Notes: generated from the sequence alone by a model not told the origin. A DNA stretch of 63,596 nt, filler included, from Intoshia linei (GCA_001642005.1; 7 parts of 7 records of this genome joined end to end with filler, not necessarily neighbours in it); one strand, 5' to 3'; positions 51,301-63,596 are shown, numbered from the whole stretch's first letter. A program made the numbers and translations.

Positions 51301-51955
51301 ATTTATATTTCTTTGTAACCAAAAAGCATCAATCGATCGAGGATTAAGTTCGAATCCACTTTCTTCGTCAATAATCATGTGAGAGTCCATTCCAGATTTT
51401 GTGGCTGTCGAATGAATTGTGTAACCTTTTCCTTCTGTTGCAACCATATTTACGTCATCGTCAAGTACAACAGCAGATTCTCTAACTTCTCCATACACTT
51501 CATCAATTTCTTCTTCATTTTCTTCAAATTGCACATTTATTCCGTATTTTTCGCCCTCCACTTCTGTTACTGCAGATTCAGATATCCAATCGGTAATTTT
51601 TTTTGATAAATTCACTAAAACTGAGTACTTATCATCACCCAAGTCTCCCAATAACGATAAAATTTCTTTTTTCTTGGTAACCTCTTTAATTGAGTTGTCC
51701 TTTAAAACTCGCAAAACTTCATCAGCTGCCCCACATGTTATATTTCTAGGCTAAAAAATTAAGTGTTATACAAAAATATTTACCTGATCTCCAATTGCTG
51801 ATTGGATAAAGGTAAGTATTATTGCATACGTCTGTCTGGTTTCTGCCGTTTTAGGTCGATAATATATACCAATCATATCGTTTATTCCATCAGAAAGGAT
51901 TGATGAATTATTAACATTTACGCTATCTTTTACAATTTCATCACGCTTTTTTCGT
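45372..51955 (-). CDS. SNRNP200: U5 snRNP 200-kDa helicase (Brr2), exons 4-6: 51955-51784, 51750-45898, 45584-45372
   Basis: RKKRDE...YRPKTAETRQTY...GDQ|PRNITCGAADEVL..., APTGAGKT, DEIH, two helicase plus Sec63 cassettes, and C-terminal ENWWLIIGD...MSDSYLGCDQEY. The N-terminal ~71 aa are missing here and lie at 20932-21222 on the + strand. Confidence 0.96.
45616..45755. mobile_element. Short piggyBac-like MITE in the last SNRNP200 intron
   Basis: TTAA|CCCTTTCGCTGTCT...AGACAGCGAAAG. Confidence 0.55.
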
Positions 51956-52531
51956 CTAAATAAAATATTTCTTATTTTTTACTTTTAAATAATTAATAAT
52001 TATGCTACATGTATTGTGCAACGGCACGTTTTATAAATTTCTTGATATTTTAGATGGACAGATATAGATGTGTGAACGTAAATTCGCTCCAAATTCGTAA
52101 AAAGTGGTATACCTCAAAAGAAGATGAGATTACAAAAAAAAATTATACCATGTAGTATCTAAAACATTAGACCGAAATTTTGAATTTCATGTAGCCAGTC
52201 AGAATAAACTTTTTTAAGTAAATTGAATGAATTTTAGTTTATTTTCAAATATTATGTCATTTTTAATGCTAAAATCATTCCTACGCCCGACATCATATGA
52301 TTACAAAATGTACAATACATCTGTAATTGTAAGGTAGACCAGTATTTCGCAAATGGGGGCCGCAAATTTAAGAAAAACTATAAAATTAAATTAGAATGGT
52401 TAACATTATGTTGATTTAATATTTAATTAATATATTCTTAAAATTTGAATTAATTATAAATTAAAGCTTAATTAAACATGTAAGTATTTAATTTTTTTAT
52501 TTTTCTTTTATAGTGCATTATTTTTAACAGT

Positions 52532-52793
52532 ATGTATAAAGGAAAAAAATTAAATAATAATAAAAAACGAAAAATCATGCCTGGAATTTCTAGGATTATC
52601 AATAAAAGGCATGCCATAAATAATTTCATAAGAGGTGTGGAAACAACTGGTAAATGCAGAATGGGACGTCCAATGTGTTTAAATGAGCGAGAAATTAGGA
52701 CAATACGACGTAAGGCTTCAAATTCCACCTTGTCTTCGGATGCCATACGTAGAGAACTGAACCTTTCCTGCTAACCTCGCACTATTCTAAACG
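52532..52793 (+). mobile_element. 5' half of a Tc3-like transposase, cut by the gap
   Basis: GRPMCLNEREIRTIRRKASNSTLSSDAIRRELNLSC*PRTILN resembles Tc3 ...RDERNVIRAASNS..ARDIRNELQLSASKRTILN. Confidence 0.8.
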
Positions 52794-52893
52794 NNNNNNN
52801 NNNNNNNNNNNNNNNNNNNNNNNNNNNNNNNNNNNNNTTAATTAATTAANNNNNNNNNNNNNNNNNNNNNNNNNNNNNNNNNNNNNNNNNNNN

Positions 52894-53273
52894 TTTTGAG
52901 AACATTTTGAACGCTTGATCTGCAAACCCCGGTTTTCCTCGAAATTTTAGATTGGTTCATACCGCTTTTGAAATATTTTTCAATTTCATGCTTTATAATT
53001 TTGTTAATTATCGCCATTTAAAATTGACATGCCAGTTTAATTTTGCACGATTGTTTTATTTTAATGAATTCATTATCATTTTTAAATTTCCTTTATTTCA
53101 ATTAAAACATTGTGCATCAATTACAGTATTCACTTAAATAAATCTCCTCATTTGGATGTACGAGTAATTTTTATTTTTACATTTTAAATATTATTTAATG
53201 TTTTCGAATTTAATTATTGTTTATGAAGAAGTAATATTTTTTAACAAGTGCCAGTTTATTTTGCACGGCACTG
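52894..53273 (-). mobile_element. 5' end of a different Tc1-like element (IR/DR-type terminus), cut by the gap
   Basis: TA|CAGTGCCGTGCAAAATAAACTGG terminus at 53273 with an inner repeat at ~53030-53050. ATG 53017 gives MAIINKIIKHEIEKYFKSGMNQSKISRKTGVCRSSVQNVLK (HTH). Confidence 0.75.
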
Positions 53274-53960
53274 TATATATATTTCTTTATTGGAGATTGT
53301 GAATACTAAATAAATAATCATTTCAAATAAAAATATCAATTAGAGCTGATGGAGAGATCCTTGAAGTCATGACTTTTATTTTTTCAATTAAACTTAGATA
53401 TTCTGATAACTCTGGATATGTTATATCTTCACATACTATATTATATATCTTGGGCTCTTCTTTGACTTCTTCTACTGTTAACTCTTCTAATTCTTTACAA
53501 TTATAATTATTCTGCTCTCAAATTTTTAATTCAGATAATTCCAAAACGTCATAATTGTAAGATTTTAATTGGACTAATTGTTCCTTTAAAATAGTTTCTT
53601 TGTTTTTGTTAATGTCACAGACTGTAAAGGATAATAGATTATATTTATCACAAATAAAAGTTGGTGATTTTTAAGATCATCTATAATTTTCATTTTCAGA
53701 TCTAAAGATAGTTTTTTTCTTTTTTAATTTTTCATCATTTTCACGTGTGATTTATTATTAATTAATTAAAAATATTAATATAAATGAAGTTGAAATTGAT
53801 TTATATTTTAAATTACGTAATGGTATAATTGAATTTATTATAAAATAAGAAAACATATTTTAAGAGTAAAATTTTAGTTAGTAAAACGGAATTTTTGGTT
53901 TGTCAACATTTTGAAATTCCGGTAAATAAAACTTAGACTAATTTGATAAAGTTTAATAAT

Positions 53961-54177
53961 AGAGTGTTGTGCACTGAGATACGAACCAGTGTGCACTCAC
54001 ATACGGACAATTTTAAATTTTGTAATTTATAGTGCAATACAATCATAATTTAAAATTATTCGTATATGAGTGCACAATACTGCGTATATGGAATCCACAT
54101 AATATAGATGCACAATAGTGTTTATTTAGTAACTAAATTTTAGTTGTACAATAGCTTGTATCTCAGTATACAACTCT
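53961..54177. mobile_element. MITE-like foldback element
   Basis: Outer inverted repeat AGAGTGTTGTGCACTGAGATAC / GTATCTCAGTATACAACTCT and inner inverted repeat GTGCACTCACATACG / CGTATATGAGTGCAC. Confidence 0.55.
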
Positions 54178-55539
54178 GCAATACATTTTAAATTTTACCA
54201 ATGTTGTCATGTAAATGACATATAACTAAATATTTTAGAAAATATCAGATTTTTCAGTGAATTTATTTAAAGGAATACACAGTAACAATGAAAATTTGGT
54301 AATTTCAACATTTCATTTGGTACATATTTATATCTCACCGGGTGATATTTACTTTATTAGTTAGCACAAAACGTGGTAATATTTTGTAACGATAGTTTGA
54401 GAAGAGTTAATTTAATATATTTGTTGTAAATGATATATAAAGCGGGAGCTTTGTCAAAATTTTTTACGATGTAAAATAAAATAGGTCATCACTATGGCGG
54501 TTTTTTTTAATCTATAAAATAAAAAAATTGTAACATGAAAAAATTTCTAACTGTAAACTTCAAATTGGCAAATTTAAATTTCTATTTTGCAATATTTTTT
54601 TTCAAATTGATATCTTTTCAGATCGACTTTTAGGAAATTTTGGCATTCTAATAATAATACTATATCAATCTATGTCATATAAATAATATAAAATTAAAAT
54701 GACTTGTTAAATCGCAAGTGAATGTAAATAATTTTTGATATAATATTTATATTTTAAAAAAATGTACTTTAAAATCACTTGTTTCACTATATAACTTTTG
54801 TAATTTTATCAAATTTTAATTAGCTAATTAATATGCATAATATTAATATGATGCTTGTAATTTCATGCCGATAAACATAACAAAAATTAATTTTATTAAC
54901 TTTTGGCCGCCCTAGTCATCACTGATAACAATTTTGTTTCATTTAACTAAGAATTCCAATTTTTAATATGATCGGCACGATGAATGAGAAATAAAATTAA
55001 AATAAATTAAGAACGCAATAAAATATAGTAAATTAACAAAAACTGAGACAGATATTTTTAACTCAGACTATTCTACAGTACTGTACTCTGTATTTATTTT
55101 ACGACAAAATTTTTTTTGCTGTATAATTTTATTATTATAAATTGATTTAAATTTTTTTGAAAGTAATGGGTTGAAGGTTTAAATATAAAATATTTTATTT
55201 TTAAAATAATAGAGGAAACCAAAGAAATTTGAAAAAAATGTCCGATTGAAAGAGAGCAAAAAAAATTCAAATTCATCAGAAAGCGATTATTGTGATTTTA
55301 ATAAAATTATAAAAAAGTGGCATATTGATCAAGAAAAGGTAAATTTCTTTAGAATAGTAAAATCACATCCAATCCGTTATAACCAACTAATTTGATTATG
55401 ATTTTGATAATTATACTCTTATTATATTATAGCTACTAATACAATCTACCGCACGTCAAAAACAAGTTGAAAATACAGTGAAAATGAAACAACTTAATCT
55501 ATCAAACATCTCTAAAGACCAATATATTAATAATTCATC

Positions 55540-55825
55540 AAGGTTAGTTATAATAGATTTTATCAAACACTACAATACTGTTTGCTTCCATGCTCGTGTT
55601 TATTAGATACATTATTATTTGAAGTGATGGTACTGCGTACGATCATAAAGATAAACGGAACTCATCGCGTATATGGAAAATATAATCATACTTTCGAAAT
55701 CGCGTAAGCATCATAAACGTGGCGTAGAAGGGGTTTTAACTCGTTTAAGAAAGACAGGATTAACCGTTAATCCGGAAAATTGCTTCCTTGGCCATTATGA
55801 ATTGATTTTTTTGGGCACGTGATTA
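55540..55825 (+). mobile_element. Heavily decayed Ty3/gypsy RT fragment
   Basis: HKRGVEGVLTRLRKTGLTVNPENCFLGHYELIFLGHVI-like RT C-terminal motif. Confidence 0.6.
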
Positions 55826-58021
55826 ATTATATTGTATATGGGGAAATATTCAAATCTACGTCGATTAATTTCGACAATTTCTGTATAATTGAAGTTTGGC
55901 CTGAAACCTAAAAATATACACTGCGTTCCAAGTTATTAGGTAAGTCACGTTTTGCCGAAAACTATGGTTTACGGTTTGCATTGATAATTTTTTTGCTAAG
56001 TAATTAAACTTATAATATTTTTTACGAGATTGAAGTTTTTTNNNNNNNNNNNNNNNNNNNNNNNNNNNNNNNNNNNNNNNNNNNNTTAATTAATTAANNN
56101 NNNNNNNNNNNNNNNNNNNNNNNNNNNNNNNNNNNNNNNNNATGCAAAAGCAATTTATGCAGTAAAGGCATATTTGTTAGGAATACGTAACTCAACATAT
56201 AAAATCGCATGCTTCAATCATTTTTATTATTATGTGAAATCCTTATTGACTTGTAGGTAAACTTAATATTTTCATTATAGAATAGAAATAATTATAATAA
56301 TTTTAGATATTCAGATATAGCCGATGGGTGTGAATTAGACAGTTTTATAGATGGAAAATATGTTTCAGCTAGTAAATGTATTCGTCGACACTGGAATGTG
56401 AAATTAAAGCCTATGAAGGTAGCATTTACTAATGAGATATCGGAACGCGCTCTTGCACAAGTAGAAATCTTAAGAACAACAGTTCGAACTGATCAAAAAT
56501 GAGAGTTAAAACTTTTGTCAAAATTCAATAAATTACCAAATTATTAAAATATGCTATTACAATTTGTATTATTTATTTATCTCTATCCTTGTGAGGTTAC
56601 CTCACAGTGGCTTTTAGCACTACTCTTCTCTACTCTCTGTTAAAAATGAATATGGGTCTACCAGGGTAAAAAAGTATTATATCTAAGTATATAAAGTATA
56701 TATAAAAACATGAACAATAATAAAGTTCTGTCATGTTTTTAAAACAGGTTTAAAAAAAAATAGGCGAAGGAAATTACAAAACTAGACAAAACTTAATCGG
56801 TAATTGTGTTCTAAATTACATTTCGAACGCTCAGTAAAATATACTTTTGTTAATTCAACGGAAAGTTTAAAAAGTGGACACCCTACTATACACTAGGGTG
56901 TCAACCATATTAAAGAATATAGTCCGCTTAGTGTACATTTGGTGTATTTCTGGATTATATAACTTAATCTTTAATTTTATGACGCAAAAATTCTTATTCG
57001 CGTGGGTGGGCAAAGCAAAAACCAAATGTAAATTGTAAACAAAATCACTTTCAATTTTAGTTTATTTTTGAATTTTTATTCGAATAATCGACTTCTTTAC
57101 AAAATAATAATTAACGCTTACCAGATGCGAGACTCTACCCAAAGAGACAGTTTTGTTGGATTGATCAACTCCTCGATAGACTGTATATTTCGAACGATGA
57201 ATCCCAAAATCGTAATTACGTGGATCGAATAAAACATAACTACGATAAACGTGTCCAGAAGAGTAAAAGTTACCACACTGACAATTATATTCCTAACAAA
57301 CCAATTAAATCAAAGGAACAAAAATTATACAAACCACGAAGCGATCAAAACAGGGTTCGTAAGCCTCCACCACATTTCTCAAATTATGATACAACAATTA
57401 ACCAGGTTCGTTCTAACAAACCAACCGATAATGCGTACATTTTAATGCAAACGAATCTCAACAATTATATTTCTTCAACTATTGACATAATAAAAAATTA
57501 AAGTCACCTGATTGTGACATGGACCCAGGTCTAAACGACCATTGTCAAAGGCACTACGAGTATATACTCGATTTTGTCTTAGTGAAAATATCCGTCTGTC
57601 CAAATATCTTCACATTGATGAAAACAAAAATTTTTTTTGCCCCAGATTTCTCTTGTGTAGGGAGGTGTAGTAAATATCTATGGATATTTACTAAAGATAT
57701 ATTAATACTATATGTTACTATACAGTCCAAGAATCTTAATTATTATTTTAATTAATCATTCCAATTAATTTTAATTATTATTCCAAAAAAGTCAATAGAA
57801 AACTTTGTCTTTGGATAAATTGACGTCATTTTTTTTAAATTAGAGTTACATATTTAAAAACGTAGTCATAAAAGATTCCTCGTCATATTTTAAGCTCATA
57901 TATTCAAAATATAAAATAAATTATTGAAAAAATACAAATAATCAAATTTAAACTTTACATTGTATTGTTTTTTAATTATTTTGGTAACTACGTAACATAT
58001 GTATCTGTAATTTTCAGAATA

Positions 58022-59414
58022 TTAATTAATGATTAACCCCTTTAATTTCATAATAAAATTTGTGAGAAACTCGTTAAAAAGTTCGAAAATGTTGTTCAGT
58101 GTAATATAATTGGAAATAAAATTACTGGTTAAACGTATATATTTTAATTTATTTTGATACGGAGATCTGAATAGTATGCGAATATAATACTGTTGATTAT
58201 TATTTTTTTTCTGTTTAATAAATTCCAATATCAAACAACTCGAATATGTGGGTATAATATCATTGTCTATTCTAAGAGCTTTCATGAACATGACCATGGT
58301 GGTGTCTAGCTAAATAATCATAAATGATAAATTTTTAAAAATATATAATTTTATTCCAGTGCTTTCCATATTTAATATTTTCAAATGATAATATGCCAGT
58401 TCTACATTTCTGGTTTAGAGAACATGAGGCCTTGGAACAATTTTATTTTCTGTAAAATCAAAACTTTCATATAACCAAGTCAATAAATGTGACAATATCC
58501 ATTTATTATTAATTTTTCAATTTAGTTTTTAGGAGCCTATTTTTTATTTGCAGGTGACTGAGTTTGGTAGGTTCTGCTCTATTTGGAACGCACTGTTATA
58601 TTAAAATTACCGTTGAATAAAATGTGAATTTATTGGTATTTTGTCTTGTTAAGTAATTGTTAAAATTACTAATTATCAAATCAGTTATGAGACCTTTAAA
58701 AATTAAAAAATACAATAAGAATTAAATTTGAAACCTCCTGCATAATTACCAACAATGGCATTTACATATTTCAAATTGTAATCAATCTCTGCTAGGCTGT
58801 GTATAATATTTTGGTAAGTATCAGTTGTATTGTACTTTTCTCGTGCCCAATGTGGTATGTCGTCAGTTCTTTCCTATTATAAATGAAATGTAATAATACA
58901 TATAACAACCTTGTAGGTGAGCATACTCGCAATGTAAGCAATATTTGTCATTGTTACATGTAATTTAACTTTTTCTGATACAACTTCGAAAAAATTCTAA
59001 ACATAAATGATCGTTGTATAAAATAAAATTTACCGCATATTCTTGATTTAATTTTAGCACTTGTGGACTTTCGTATATATTATTAATATATTCTGAAACA
59101 ATAACAGAGGTTTCAGGTCGGAATGTCTAATTATACGCTTATAAAATATAAACATTCAATACATCATCATTATTTTGTTTTATAGTATGAACTGGTACAG
59201 CACCAATATTATTTAAAATTTCATTATCGTAAATATCATCACTTCTGAACATTGTATTACTGATTATATTTGACGACAATAAACTTCTAGTAGTTTGCGT
59301 GCTTCTTATGTTAATCTTGTTGTGCTTAAACGTGCCATTTTTAATTAGGTTGTATTTGTATATGTATCTTATTTTCAAAAATTTAGCCAGATCATATGAT
59401 GTTTCTACTCCTTT
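58022..59414 (-). CDS. Histidine acid phosphatase (lysosomal/prostatic ACP-like), partial. Exons 59414-59163, 59126-59034, 58996-58910, 58873-58735, 58693-58611, 58309-~58022; 5' exon(s) not identified
   Basis: KGVETSYDLAKFLKIRY, IRSTQTTRSLLS, VPVHT, IPHWA, AGG, FYSTLDTT, PTYSSCLILEF and YYIRILFR follow the ACP2/ACP3 layout. Phases are consistent. Confidence 0.75.
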
Positions 59415-60147
59415 CTAAATTCATTATACATTATGTTATTGTATAATTATTAATTTTACATTATTACTATTAGTACACATTAACATGGTTACGAAGGTAT
59501 TTTTATACCACTTAATTCCCATTTAATTTGCTTAAGAACGATATACATATTTTTTATTTTGATAAAAAAATTCCCGCGTCTAAACTTTTTTCTGTTTTAT
59601 TAACATTTTTCATGGTAAAAATATATCGCAATTTTTTTTTTTAGTTTCCATCTATTTTTTTTAAATTCTAGGACTATTACTTATTTATAGTGTTAATATT
59701 TTATGTTTTACATTTTAAAATAACAAAAAATCAATAGTATAGTGTTTTTAACTGTGAAGGCGTTACTTTGTGAGATAAACTTGATTTAAATTTGTTTTTT
59801 TATTATTTTCATTCAAACGTGGCTTGCAGTGTCTAAGGCAGTGTTCGCCTAAGTGTAGCTATGTGGAAATTGCATTTAAATATTACAAAACATGTCATTT
59901 TTCCACTAATGTGTGCTTTTTAAATATTTAAACTAAAGTAGAGAAGAAATTAGAATCAAATACATTTTAGATTATTTACATAAATAATTATCTATCGCAC
60001 AGACTTTTGCTATATCATAAATAAATAGGATAATTTAAATATAAAATATTCTCAATGGATTGAGGGGTAATTCATTGTCACCGGTCTGTGAGAACGAGCT
60101 TTACTGAAAAATTCTTCATAGTTTAAATCGAATATACTAGTTATAAT

Positions 60148-60916
60148 CAGATGTGAGAACCGATTGATAAAAAATGGTTTTTAAAGCGGTTTTAACGGTT
60201 TTCAGTTAATCGTTTCAATCAATCAACCACCGTTCAAATTGAAAAACGGTTTTTTGCGGTTTTTGATTCGGTTTTTAAAAAATATAAATTTTATATTTTT
60301 CTATTATCGATACATTGCTCTTTTGAATTTGTAAATACATTTGTAATTATTCATATTTAAAAAATTAAAATGGTTTTATTCGACAAATTTGAAAAAGACT
60401 GTGAAATTGATAAAATTAAGAAAATACGATAATGTAGAATGAAAGCTCCAAATTGTCTAGATATCTGTAACATTAAAATTTCAACACTACACCTCAACAA
60501 TGCTAGGGTTCATTTAAAATCTAATTTACATAATGAACAATTTGAAAAAGACCTTATGGAATATATTAAAATAAAAAAATTGAGTATTGTCATTTTAGAT
60601 CAATCTTTCAAACAAAAATGTTTCCTCTTATGTGTGAGCAGTCAAGGCTAAAATCGAAAATTATTATTAAATTTCGAAACATGATGTTGTACAGTCTCTT
60701 ATATCAATTTTTGTTGATGGTGCCGGTCCATTTGGATTGTATGAAAACAGGATTTTTAAAATTGATCAAACCATATTTAACAGAGTTTAATATATCTAAC
60801 AATAAAAAAATTTTGAAGGATCTTATACATAGTGAAGCGAAAAAGGAAAGGAAAATTTTAATTGTCTTTACAAAATCGATTAGTGTCTTTAAAATTGAAG
60901 CTAATTTCATTCATTC
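60148..60916 (+). mobile_element. 5' part of a hAT element with a BED-finger-like transposase remnant
   Basis: Subterminal CGGTT repeats. Translates to CRMKAPNCLDI...NNARVHLKSNLH and VPVHLDCMKTGFLKLIKPY. Confidence 0.5.
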
Positions 60917-61016
60917 NNNNNNNNNNNNNNNNNNNNNNNNNNNNNNNNNNNNNNNNNNNNTTAATTAATTAANNNNNNNNNNNNNNNNNNNNNNNNNNNN
61001 NNNNNNNNNNNNNNNN

Positions 61017-62400
61017 ACATTACAAACAGATAGATTTAGCTAAAAAATATAAAATATCTCTGATATTTTTCCTCTGATTCCTTAGTGTTAGGGAAGACCG
61101 ACACTTGGGACAGTTCATACCATTTCAGAAAGATGAAGTAGAAGTATCTTGCAATTATTTTAATTTTAAATTGAACGTGTCTTCAAACACAAAAATACAA
61201 TTACATTTTCAAAAGGGTAGACATGTTAAAAAATGTACGTAAATCCCAGCACATGTGAAAAAAATATTTTATTAATTAAAAAATCAAGTACTGAAACGAC
61301 CAAATGATGTCAAAATAAGATATTTACTGAGAATGACTTGCAGCCAAATGCTGAGAAAGAAATGGCTAAATTTTTTTATAGATCTAGTATTTTATTTTAC
61401 TCTGTTTAAAACAAATATTTTTCTACTATGTGTAAGGCAGTATAAAAAGCGGGACCTTTATTTAAATCACCAAGTAAGCATTTGTTAAGAACCACTATTT
61501 TTAATAGACAGTATAACTTAATAAAAAAAAGTTAATAAAATCTTTGACATTGCTCTGGATTATATGATCACATTAACAACCAATGGATAAAAAGGTAATT
61601 CAATTCACAATTTTATCATTCTCACTGCAAATAGGTTCACAGAAATTGTATAAAATATATGTTAAATACCATTACATTACCATACAAAAAAAATGAACTC
61701 ATTTCATTTGCAGAGAAAAATCAAAATTACAAACAAATAGATTTAGCTGAAAAATATAAAATATCTCTGATATCTTTCTTCTGATTTCTTAGTGTTGGGA
61801 AAGACCGACACTTGTAACAATTCATACCATTTTAGAGAGGTGAAGTAAAGGTATCTTGCTATTATTTTAATTTTAAATTCAACGTGTCTTCAGCCACAAA
61901 AATACGATTACATTTTCAAGAAGGTAGACAAGTTAGAAAATGTACGCAAATGCCAGCACATGTGAAAAAAATATTTTATCAATTACAAAATCAATTACTG
62001 AAACGACCAAATGATGTTAAAATTAATAAGATATTTACTGTGAATGACTTGCAGCCAAATGCTAGAAAAAAAATAATTAAATTTTTTTATAGATCTAGTA
62101 TTTCATTTTACTCTGTTCAAAACAAATATTTTTCTACTATGTGTAAGGCAATATATAAAGCGAAACCTTTATTTAAACCACCAAGTAAGCATTTGTTAAA
62201 AACCATTATTTTTGATAGACAGTATAACCAAATAAAAAAAAAGTTGATAGAATCCTTAACGTTGCTCTGGATTATGGGGTCACATTAACAATAGATGGAT
62301 AAAAAAAGAATTCAATTCACAATTTTATCAATCTCACAGCAGATAGTTTCACAGAAATTGCATGAAATATATGCTAAAACACAATTTAATATTAATGGAA
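61017..62400 (+). repeat. Diverged ~707-bp tandem duplication of a BED/DUF659-type hAT transposase fragment
   Basis: ttacaaaca.atagatttagct occurs at 61020 and 61727. Each unit encodes KFFYRSSI.FYSV..KYFSTMCKA..K..PLFK.PSKHLL. Confidence 0.8.
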
Positions 62401-62897
62401 AACGAGAATTGAACATAAATTAAAAAATTTTTTTAATAATTACAAAAGATAATCGTATAATCGTACAGATTTTTGAAAAAAACTACCAAATATATTTCCC
62501 TGTACAAATCAAATCAGATTAAATTTATTTAAAAAAGATTTAAATTTCATAGAAAGTAAAAAAATAAAAATTTAATATATAGCTCAACAATCCATTGTTA
62601 ATTATCCATATATTTGACAAAAATTTAAACGTGTTCATTAACCAAATACAACTCAACTGAAAAGAGAAAAAAACGTATAAATAATACAAATATCAAATAA
62701 TATCTGTCATAATATATCAAAAGATACATTTGGTTTTTGTAATTTAGAATAAATAAATAATTACAATTATATATTGTTTTATATACATATTTTTGATTAT
62801 TAGAATTTATACAAAGTTGATTTATAGTGTATTAAGCTTAATTTTTACCAAGGCTCAGAGAAACTCGCAAAATTTCTACTTTTTAAAACACCTTAGT

Positions 62898-63210
62898 CAT
62901 ATCCGTTTTAAAGCATGGCAATATGTAGCCCAGAACCCCTCATTATAAATAGCCCCCAAATTAATAAAAGTACTTTACATTTATATTTTAAAAAAAGGCC
63001 CCAATTTATTAAAAAATACTTCACATTTATATCTTAATATTCAGTTTAAATTAAAACTGAACTTCAAAATTGTTTAGCTCAACCTCGTTGGAATGCGCTC
63101 TCCTTAATGTCAATTAAGAATGATATCAGTTTTGATAATATCATATCTGATTTCTCTTAGAAAAAAGTGAAAAAACAACAATTGTGAAGAATTGTCAAAA
63201 ATTTTTTGTA
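62898..63210 (+). mobile_element. Further-deleted copy of the hAT element at 3140-4053
   Basis: Matches the reverse complements of ~4053-3910 and ~3530-3380 joined together. Confidence 0.75.
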
Positions 63211-63596
63211 AAATTTGGTTAACGCGGTATTTTTTTGTGTCTTAATTTTTCAATTAAAGTGGTAAAATATTAATTTATATCGTTTTTTAAAATTTTGACC
63301 CAATTTTCTTAGTACAATTCGTATTCAAAGTTACATTTTCATATTATATTCAATACAAAATGCATTTATTATAATGACATCTATACTATCTTATCTATAT
63401 TATAATTATATTATTATATAATATACTTATATTATAACTATCTTATCTTACTATAACATATTCCGTTTTTGTGCTTATAATTCTCTTCACATTTATAACA
63501 AAACAATCCGCCTGGTGAACATGTCTTACATTTCCTATGTTCATTTTTGCATACTAAATTAAAAATGTTATCAATGATAAATAATCATAATGAACA

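Noticed and set aside
57120-57755. GC-richer block with short ORFs, possibly a gag remnant
   Set aside because: No diagnostic motif could be identified, so it cannot be supported.
60060-60115. ARSHRPVTMNYP as the missing RHGxRxP exon of the acid phosphatase
   Set aside because: The motif match is poor, there is an in-frame stop, and there is no suitable donor site.

Overview
This is a very AT-rich, compact eukaryotic scaffold, almost certainly animal because it carries a spliced Cys-loop/nAChR gene. Many GT-AG introns are only 33-60 bp. The style resembles a reduced invertebrate parasite genome such as the orthonectid Intoshia, but that is an unverified inference. Six 100-nt assembly gaps (N-run + TTAATTAATTAA + N-run) divide it into contigs. 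Genes reconstructed exon by exon: POLR3K/RPC10, MCCC2 (18 exons), SNRNP200/Brr2, a divergent EF-1alpha, an NR2C2AP-like gene, a non-alpha nAChR-like subunit, SSU72 and part of a histidine acid phosphatase. There is also a 447-aa orphan ORF and two probable pseudogenes. Introns and intergenic DNA hold many mobile elements: a non-autonomous Helitron-like family, hAT elements with 8-bp TSDs, piggyBac-like and Tc1-like MITEs, and Tc1/Tc3, hATm-like and Ty3/gypsy relics. Main observations: (1) SNRNP200 is split, with exons 1-3 on + at 20.9-21.2 kb and exons 4-6 on - at 45.4-52.0 kb. The splice phases match, and two halves of a Tc3-like element sit at the flanking gaps, so mis-oriented scaffolding is most likely, with inversion or trans-splicing as the alternative. 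(2) A Ty3/gypsy-type protease-RT frame begins with an RRM domain where Gag is expected. (3) A 122-bp, ~96% identical inverted copy of an nAChR exon lies inside that gene's own intron (candidate RNA-editing or dsRNA element). (4) The EF-1alpha lacks the 12-aa opisthokont signature insertion. (5) Convergent genes have stop codons only 6 bp apart.
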